Below are positions 17,747-23,529 of a stretch of 23,529 bases of DNA, piece after piece. Within the stretch, counting starts at the first letter, position 1, and each line of letters starts with the position of its first letter. The translations under genes and the position numbers were made by a program. The notes below the pieces were generated by a model. It saw only the letters and a program-made list of their open reading frames with translations, was not told the DNA's origin and did not search any database. Origin of the DNA: Candidatus Margulisiibacteriota bacterium (lineage in GTDB: Bacteria > Margulisbacteria > WOR-1 > O2-12-FULL-45-9); the NCBI GenBank assembly GCA_043816785.1, contig JBDRHP010000069.1, forward strand, positions 1-23,529, in the 5' to 3' direction.

Positions 17747-18890
17747 GTCCCTGGCCATCCTGCGCGAATCAAAAACAGACACTAAGGGCCGTGAGGTCGA
17801 AAGCCGTGTAGTTATCACCCCCACCCTGGCTAAAGAGCTCAAAACAAAATGCCGCGGACTTGAGCTTTTTGTGGAAAAAGACGCCGGGGCAAAAATAGAT
17901 TGTTTCGACCACCTATATGAAGAAGCTGGCGCCGTGATCGTCACTCATGAAGCAGCCCTGGCCAAAGATGTTATCCTTGGCGTAAAAGAAACCCCCAGCC
18001 AAGACTTTGCCAGGCTAAAGGCTAACCTTTGGATTTCTTATCAACATTTTGCGCAGAGTAAAGAAAGGACTGTCAAAGCCCTCAAAGCTGGGCAGGTAGC
18101 CTTCTTAGCCCTGGAAACAATGGAAACACAGGTAGACGGGCATCCTTTCTTTCCCTGCCTGGCGCCGATGAGCGAAGCAGCGGCCAAAGTCATCGCCCGA
18201 CATGCTGATGAGTATGCGTTGTTAAAAAAGAAAATTATTACCAGCGGTCTGCCAGAGACAGGCTTGCATGGGGTAAAAACCACGATCCTTGGCGGCGGCA
18301 GTGCCGGCAAAACTGCGGCTGAAGAATTTTCAGAAAGAGGCTGCGAGGTCTTTCTCCTGGAAAAGACTCCCAGCCGGGCCAAGGCATTAGCCCAATACTT
18401 TAAAGATCACGAGATCAGATTTCCCAAAGTTAAAGTGCTGGAAGTCAGCCCTGAAAATATCAGAAACACGGTCCGCAATTCCTTTTTTCTGGTCTCAGCC
18501 ATCTACAGTTCAGGCAAGAGGCCAGAAAAACTGGTGACAATTGACCTGTTAAAAAACATGGTCCCTGGCGGCTGTGTTTACCCTGTTGATATTGACCAAG
18601 GCGGTGGGGTTGAGGGAGTAATTGAAACCAGTATTTTAGACCCCTTTGATCTGCCGATTATCCCGGGAACTGAGGTGTTCTTCTTCGCTCCGCCCAACCT
18701 GCCCTCTCTGGGCGCTCGCACCACTTCCGAAGCTTTAGGAACAGTGATCCTGCCTTATGTTATTGAAATCATAAATAAAGGTTTAGACAGAGCTGCCGCA
18801 GAAAACCCGGTGATTAAATCTGGAATAAACATCAAAGATGGAAAAATAGTGCATCCTGGATTAGCTTCGGTTTTTCCTAATTTGAAGTGA
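17739..18890 (+). CDS. Alanine dehydrogenase-like protein (AlaDH/PNT family), divergent
   Basis: ESRVVITP, GVKE, SYQHFA, LAPMSEAA, Rossmann GGGSAG, IDQGG, ETS, NLP, ARTTSEAL. The ATG at 17739 overlaps the MBL stop (ATGATTAA). Confidence 0.82.
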   Translation: MIKSLAILRESKTDTKGREVESRVVITPTLAKELKTKCRGLELFVEKDAGAKIDCFDHLYEEAGAVIVTHEAALAKDVILGVKETPSQDFARLKANLWISYQHFAQSKERTVKALKAGQVAFLALETMETQVDGHPFFPCLAPMSEAAAKVIARHADEYALLKKKIITSGLPETGLHGVKTTILGGGSAGKTAAEEFSERGCEVFLLEKTPSRAKALAQYFKDHEIRFPKVKVLEVSPENIRNTVRNSFFLVSAIYSSGKRPEKLVTIDLLKNMVPGGCVYPVDIDQGGGVEGVIETSILDPFDLPIIPGTEVFFFAPPNLPSLGARTTSEALGTVILPYVIEIINKGLDRAAAENPVIKSGINIKDGKIVHPGLASVFPNLK

Positions 18891-18891
18891 T

Positions 18892-19018
18892 TGGAACCTG
18901 CGACTAAACGTCGCGGTTCCATCGTCTATAGAAGATGCAAGGAACCGAGAAGCACCTCGACTTCGCTCGGTGCTGCCCTGAGCCAGTCGAAGGGTTCATT
19001 CTCAGGTTCCGAGCATCT
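18892..19018. repeat. Cluster of REP-like hairpins between convergent genes
   Basis: Hairpin TGGAACC-t-GCGAC-taaac-GTCGC-GGTTCCA (18892-18921). An outer stem AGATGC..GGAACC-GAGAA / TTCTC-a-GGTTCC..GCATCT (18933-19018) encloses TCGACT-tc-GCTC...GAGC-c-AGTCGA. Confidence 0.75.
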
Positions 19019-19988
19019 CAAGATTACCAGGCTTAAATATTCCCTTTTCCGTAATAATGCCTTTTATATACTTCGCAGGCGTTACATCAAAAGCAGGATT
19101 TTTCACTTTAGTCCCTTGGGGCGCGATCCTTTCCTTGCCAACCTGAAGAACTTCCTCAGGGCTGCGCTCCTCGATCACGATCTGCTTGCCGGTCTTGATA
19201 TTAAAATCAATAGTAGAAACCGGTGCCGCGATATAAAACGGGATGCCGTGGGCTTTGGCCAAAACTGCCGCAGCGTAGGTCCCGATCTTATTGGCAGAAT
19301 CACCATTCCTGGCAATGCGGTCAGCTCCAGTCACCACCAGATCGATCTCGCCTTTTTGCATAAAATGGCCGATCATATTATCGGTGATCATAGTAAAGGG
19401 AATGCGCGACCTTTGCAGTTCCCAAGTTGTTAATTTACCACCCTGTAGCCTGGGTCTGGTTTCTGCAGAATAAACATGGATCTTTTTCCCTTGTTCATGC
19501 GCCGCCCGGATAACACCCAGAGCAGTTCCATAATCAACCGTGGCCAGGGCGCCGGCATTGCATACGGTCAATATTCGCATGCCACGCTTGACTACTTTTG
19601 CACCATACCAGCCCATTTTCTTATTGGTCAGAACGTCCTCTTCAGCCATTAATAAGGCTTCCTTAAGCAAAAGCTCTTTCAATTGTGACGGGGAAAATCC
19701 CTTGCCCGCGTTAGCAATATTTTGCATCCGCTCCACAGCCCATTTAAGATTAACTGCAGTTGGTCGTGAATCCAGTAATTTTTTGGCAGTCTTCCTTAAG
19801 TCAGCCGCTCCCAAAACCATGCCAAAGGCTGCCGCCACTCCAATCGCCGGCGCCCCGCGGATTTGCATGGTTTTAATGGCCTTAACCATTTGCTGAAGAG
19901 TTGAGATTGTAACAAAAACTAGTTTGTGAGGCAGCTTTGTCTGATCAATTATTCTGACCTTGCCGTTTGTCCATTCGATGGTTTTCAT
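19002..19988 (-). CDS. mtnA: S-methyl-5-thioribose-1-phosphate isomerase
   Basis: IDQTKLP, IRGAPAIG, SRPTAVNL, CNAGALAT, ETRP, GADRI, NKIGT, NPAFDVTP. Confidence 0.96.
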   Translation of the reverse strand: MKTIEWTNGKVRIIDQTKLPHKLVFVTISTLQQMVKAIKTMQIRGAPAIGVAAAFGMVLGAADLRKTAKKLLDSRPTAVNLKWAVERMQNIANAGKGFSPSQLKELLLKEALLMAEEDVLTNKKMGWYGAKVVKRGMRILTVCNAGALATVDYGTALGVIRAAHEQGKKIHVYSAETRPRLQGGKLTTWELQRSRIPFTMITDNMIGHFMQKGEIDLVVTGADRIARNGDSANKIGTYAAAVLAKAHGIPFYIAAPVSTIDFNIKTGKQIVIEERSPEEVLQVGKERIAPQGTKVKNPAFDVTPAKYIKGIITEKGIFKPGNLEMLGT

Positions 19989-19997
19989 AGTAGATAA

Positions 19998-20006
19998 AGT
20001 TTAACA
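19998..20006 (-). promoter_or_regulatory. Extended -10 promoter of mtnA (near-leaderless)
   Basis: TG-T-TAAACT, 9 nt before the ATG. No SD. Confidence 0.5.
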
Positions 20007-20037
20007 TTTAATAATAAAAAATACAGCAAAATATTAG

Positions 20038-20595
20038 CTATTCCCCTTTAACCAATGATGGCATGACCATCCGCTGCAAGAGATCAATCATTTCTTTTTG
20101 GATTTTCTTCACTGTTTTGACTTCTTTATTATTTAACTTAGATTCTTGAAATAAGCGCATAATAGCTCTGGAATGAGTTGAAAGTTTTTTTAGGACATCT
20201 GGGCTTTGGGTTAACTTCTTGCCCTTTTTGGAAATAGCTTCCTCTAGCACAGAAAAAGCTCTCATGATTTGGATAGAACGCCGGACGGCAATGGTAGAGT
20301 TTAAGACTGTGCACACCATATTTGCTCCATTACGGGTAAAGGCATAAGGCAGTTGAGGTGAAAATTTAAGCACTTTAAGGTGGTCGCAAATTGCGACCAC
20401 ATCTTCTTTTTCTTCTTCTGTCAGCTGAAACATAAAATCATCGGGAAATCTTTCCAAATTTCTCCTTACTTGTTCATTCAATCTTTTTGTTGAAACTTTA
20501 TATACCATGGCCAAATCCCTATCTATAATAACCTTCTTCTTTCTTAATTCAATTATTAAACAACGGATTTGAGATATTTTTGTTAGTTTTGCCAC
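20038..20595 (-). CDS. ORF6N (KilA-N-like) domain DNA-binding protein
   Basis: VIIDRDLAMVYKVSTKRLNEQVRRNLERFPDDFMFQLT, LPYAFT, VLNS..A...SIQIMRAF. GTG start after SD AAGGGG. Confidence 0.9.
   Translation of the reverse strand: MAKLTKISQIRCLIIELRKKKVIIDRDLAMVYKVSTKRLNEQVRRNLERFPDDFMFQLTEEEKEDVVAICDHLKVLKFSPQLPYAFTRNGANMVCTVLNSTIAVRRSIQIMRAFSVLEEAISKKGKKLTQSPDVLKKLSTHSRAIMRLFQESKLNNKEVKTVKKIQKEMIDLLQRMVMPSLVKGE
20380..20400. repeat. Intragenic palindrome with 10-bp arms
   Basis: GTGGTCGCAA-A-TTGCGACCAC. The core is identical to the upstream copy. Confidence 0.9.
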
Positions 20596-20610
20596 TTTTA
20601 TTCGCCCCTT

Positions 20611-20645
20611 TTAAGGTCGCAAATTGCGACCTTAAGTTTAACACA
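20611..20645 (-). promoter_or_regulatory. Extended -10 promoter with an abutting 25-bp palindromic operator candidate
   Basis: TGTG-T-TAAACT (20645-20635), immediately followed by the palindrome at 20611-20635 (plus strand TTAAGGTCGCAA-A-TTGCGACCTTAA) and then the SD. Confidence 0.7.
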
Positions 20646-20709
20646 GCAACTTTATTGCCAGGTCAAAAAGATGTTTTTCATGAAAGAAACGGGCTTAGGG
20701 GTATCGGGA

Positions 20710-22131
20710 TTACGACATGTACGAGGCTAAAATCTCTTGAACCGCTTCCTTATCGTCAATGGCCACTTTCAAACCATCAAAGTCCTGATATTTTTCATGA
20801 CCACGGCCAGCGATCAGAACCGTATCTCCCTTTTCAGCCATGGCCAGGGCTTTGTTAATCGCTTTGCGCCGGTCAACAAAACTGGCGATCTTTGGGCCAT
20901 GCTGCTTAATCGGCTGGAGAATTTCCTCAATGATCTTTTCTGGTTTTTCACTATGCGGATCGTCAGTCGTCACGATCGTAAAATCTGCCAGCTTGACCGC
21001 GAGCTTCCCCATAAGCGGACGCTTATCTTTATCCCGGTCACCCGGGCAACCAAAGACCAAAATGATCTTACCCTTGGTCAAAGGACGGTAAGTTTCTATT
21101 AATTTTTGCAGGGCATCAGGGGAATGAGCAAAATCAACTATCACTGAATAATTCTGGCCGCAATCAATCCGTTCAAACCGGCCAGGAACTGATTTTAAAG
21201 ATTCAATGCCTTTTTTAATAATATTTGGCTGGACGCCTAAGGCTAAACCGCATTGGTAAGCCGCAACAATATTGTAAACATTCGGCAGCCCGATCAAGGA
21301 GGTTCTGATCTCCACAGAGTTGATCCTCAAAGCCATCTCGCCTCTCTTAATAAAAACATCAGAGACGTTGGTGTCAAACTCATTATGCTTGGTGCTGCGC
21401 AGCTCATGTTTGGCCTGGGTCACGCCAAAAGTAATCACTTCGCCCTTGACCGCGCTGATAAAATGATGGCTGGCAGGGTCATCAACATTAACAATGGCTA
21501 TCCCATCAGCTTTAAGCATTTCAAATAGTTTTCTTTTAATGTTTAAATATTCCTCTTTGGTTTTATGGAAATCTAAATGATCGTGGGTCAAATTGGTAAA
21601 GATCGCGATATCAAAATCGCAGCCAGCTACTCGCTCCAGCGCCAGGGCATGTGAAGAAACCTCCATCACCACGTGTGTCACACCCTGTTCAACCATCTGG
21701 GCCAACAGGGCCTGGAGCTCCAGCGATTCTGGAGTGGTTAAAACCGTTGGGATTTCTTTGCCGTTGATCCTGGCGCCAACAGTCCCGATCATACCAACCT
21801 GATGGCCGGCAGCTTTGAGGATCGATTCAATAAAATAGGCCGTAGTTGTTTTGCCATTGGTGCCGGTGATACCGATCAGTTTAAGTTTTCGGGAAGGATA
21901 ATCGTAGAATTTATTAGCCAGATGAGCCAGGGCGCGGCGGGCAGAGGGAACTTTTTGGAGATCAATACCTGCCGGGACCTCAACCTCTTTTTCCGCTACG
22001 ATCGTTGTGGCGCCGCGCTCAATTGCCTGCGCAATAAAGTCCGTCCCGTCAACTTTAAGCCCCGGGATAGCGACAAAAACATTGCCGGGTTTAACTTTTC
22101 TTGAATCGTACGATATCCCAGTAAATTCCAT
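20710..22131 (-). CDS. murE: UDP-MurNAc-tripeptide synthetase (MurE), probably not meso-DAP specific
   Basis: DSRKV, GITGTNGKTT, TTPE, MEVSSHAL, FTNLTHDHLDFH, VPGRFE, VDFAHSPD, GRGHEKYQ. The specificity motif reads DDPH. Confidence 0.95.
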   Translation of the reverse strand: MEFTGISYDSRKVKPGNVFVAIPGLKVDGTDFIAQAIERGATTIVAEKEVEVPAGIDLQKVPSARRALAHLANKFYDYPSRKLKLIGITGTNGKTTTAYFIESILKAAGHQVGMIGTVGARINGKEIPTVLTTPESLELQALLAQMVEQGVTHVVMEVSSHALALERVAGCDFDIAIFTNLTHDHLDFHKTKEEYLNIKRKLFEMLKADGIAIVNVDDPASHHFISAVKGEVITFGVTQAKHELRSTKHNEFDTNVSDVFIKRGEMALRINSVEIRTSLIGLPNVYNIVAAYQCGLALGVQPNIIKKGIESLKSVPGRFERIDCGQNYSVIVDFAHSPDALQKLIETYRPLTKGKIILVFGCPGDRDKDKRPLMGKLAVKLADFTIVTTDDPHSEKPEKIIEEILQPIKQHGPKIASFVDRRKAINKALAMAEKGDTVLIAGRGHEKYQDFDGLKVAIDDKEAVQEILASYMS

Positions 22132-22156
22132 AATTTTCTCTTTTTTGTGTAAGAAT

Positions 22157-22264
22157 ACCAGACCATCAGAAAACCAGAACTGGATTATCAGATAATCAGA
22201 GCATCAGAAAAATCTGACAATCTAATACTCTGATCCTCAAGTTCTGATAATCTGGTCTTCTGAT
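22157..22264. repeat. 108-bp imperfect inverted repeat built from 8-nt periodic AYCAGA units
   Basis: Six AYCAGA units (22157, 22165, 22173, 22187, 22195, 22203) are mirrored by six TCTGAT-like units (22213, 22221, 22229, 22243, 22251, 22259) about the axis 22210/22211. Confidence 0.88.
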
Positions 22265-22301
22265 AATTTTACACATTGAAAACAACAACTGCATAAAAAA
22301 A

Positions 22302-23378
22302 TCACTCACTTAACGAATCTTCTATCTTCCCCTTCTTTATCAAGCTGTTAATGTTCTTCCACCAGGCAGAACCGTACTCAAAAACATTGTAAAACAAAGG
22401 GCTGTAGGGAAAATCATACGCGCCGATGAACTTGACGTTTTTTCCCAGAAAACCTTTCTTGAACCGGTAAACACCCCATAAAGGATGCCCTTCTTTAGGA
22501 TTAACAGGAATTCCCCACAGATCATAAAGTTTCAATCCCTTAGCTTTGGCCCATTGAATGATCTGCCAATGCAGCAGATGATTGGGCATGACTTTCCGGT
22601 GTTCAGAGGCTGAAGCCCCGTACATATACCAGACCCTGGAGCCAAAACAAAAAACGATCACTGCCGCGATCGGTTTTTTATCATAGTAAGCTATGAAATT
22701 ACTGCCCAGGCCTCTTTTAAACAAGAGTTCTCTGATCGATTGATAGTATCTTAAGGGGTGGATCATGAACTTATCCCGGCCCGAAGTTTCTTTATAGAGA
22801 TCATAGAAATTGTTTAGCCCCTTCTCACTTGGGTCCTCCCGAATGACAACACCTTTCTTTTGCGCCAGCCTGATGTTATACCTGGTCTTTTCCTCAAAAC
22901 CCATCAAGATATCATTAAGATCTGGAGTCAGATCAAGAAAATAAGTTGCCCGCGGCTGGACCTGGCGCGAGGCTTTGATAAACCCCAGCCGGCGCAGATC
23001 AGCCATGACCTCGCTTTGCGCTTCAGCCACATCCGGGATCTCCGGATCGATCTTTAGGGAAATTGCCCGATGATTCTCAGCTTCGCCCTCTACCGCCGCC
23101 AGCAGAAACTCCATTAGTTTGCAATCGGTGAAGTTAACAACCGGACCGCGAGGAGCGTAAAACATGCAGTTGCCAACATAAGGAATTTTCTTTTTTAGGA
23201 TGGATATTCCAGCAATGATCTTGCCGTTATCTTCAACTGCCAGACGCAGCGGTTCCCAGCCAAAACGGGCTTTTAATTCGCCCCATTCAAATGATTGGAG
23301 AATTGGAGAGGAAGACGACGCAGCCACAAAATTATTCCACAAGTCTCTTTCCGGATAAGTAATTAGCCTGGCTTTCAT
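22302..23378 (-). CDS. FemABX/MurM-family peptidoglycan bridge aminoacyl transferase
   Basis: LQSFEWGELK, YAPRGPV, IDPE, QPRAT, KTRYNIRLAQKKGV, YMYGAS, YDLWG, GVYRFKKGF. At 358 aa it is the short type with no coiled-coil arm. Confidence 0.92.
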   Translation of the reverse strand: MKARLITYPERDLWNNFVAASSSSPILQSFEWGELKARFGWEPLRLAVEDNGKIIAGISILKKKIPYVGNCMFYAPRGPVVNFTDCKLMEFLLAAVEGEAENHRAISLKIDPEIPDVAEAQSEVMADLRRLGFIKASRQVQPRATYFLDLTPDLNDILMGFEEKTRYNIRLAQKKGVVIREDPSEKGLNNFYDLYKETSGRDKFMIHPLRYYQSIRELLFKRGLGSNFIAYYDKKPIAAVIVFCFGSRVWYMYGASASEHRKVMPNHLLHWQIIQWAKAKGLKLYDLWGIPVNPKEGHPLWGVYRFKKGFLGKNVKFIGAYDFPYSPLFYNVFEYGSAWWKNINSLIKKGKIEDSLSE

Positions 23379-23381
23379 TTG

Positions 23382-23397
23382 TGATATAATTATAACA
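23382..23397. promoter_or_regulatory. Bidirectional overlapping extended -10 promoters
   Basis: TGATATAATTATAACA gives TG-A-TATAAT on the plus strand and TG-T-TATAAT on the minus strand, within an 18-bp divergent gap. Confidence 0.75.
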
Positions 23398-23529
23398 TGA
23401 TTTTAATGATCGATAACTATGACTCCTTCACCTACAATCTCGTCCAATATCTGGGCGAATTAGGCGAAGAGCTTCAAGTCTTTCGCAATGACAAGATAAC
23501 TATTCCGGAGATCGAAAAATTAAAACCTA
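23397..23529 (+). CDS. Anthranilate/aminodeoxychorismate synthase component II (TrpG/PabA), 3' end outside the window
   Basis: Not in the ORF track. Manual translation gives [44 protein letters not shown], with the [11 protein letters not shown] signature. Confidence 0.93.
   Translation, partial: MILMIDNYDSFTYNLVQYLGELGEELQVFRNDKITIPEIEKLKP

Noticed and set aside
18891..19433. 180-aa plus-strand ORF after the Ald-like gene
   Set aside because: It is antisense to mtnA and its N-terminus is just the translated hairpin cluster, so it is a shadow ORF.
22157..22264. CRISPR array or Rho-independent terminator
   Set aside because: The units are 6-8 nt with no unique spacers, there are no cas genes, and there is no GC stem followed by a U-tract.
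27..23057. Numerous short antisense or alternate-frame ORFs in the track
   Set aside because: They overlap well-supported genes and show no motifs or initiation signals that I could identify.

Overview
A gene-dense bacterial chromosomal window with no rRNA, tRNA, CRISPR array, transposase or integrase that I can see. Left to right it holds: a 5'-truncated tatD; a long minus-strand run (hypothetical membrane protein, rseC, rnfCDGEAB, a beta-propeller lipoprotein, TlpA thioredoxin, ccdA, rfbC); panD and a small secreted repeat protein; an orphan; hisG; a minus-strand Yip1 / acyl-AMP ligase / ACP / PlsC module divergent from a FadL/PorV-like outer-membrane barrel, a TPR-metallo-beta-lactamase-fold protein and a divergent alanine dehydrogenase; mtnA; an ORF6N-domain gene; murE; a FemABX-family transferase; and a 3'-truncated trpG/pabA. 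The gene content suggests an anaerobic diderm. My impression is Saganbacteria/WOR-1-like, but this is unverified. Main leads: (1) a 17-bp palindrome present both at the ORF6N promoter and inside its coding sequence; (2) a MurE with DDPH instead of DNPR next to a Fem transferase, suggesting non-DAP bridged peptidoglycan; (3) a candidate lipid-salvage system; (4) a TPR-MBL/Ald-like gene pair; (5) several palindromic or periodic DNA elements, some recruited into coding sequence; (6) leaderless and bidirectional promoters. All family assignments are from motif recognition by eye; no searches were run.
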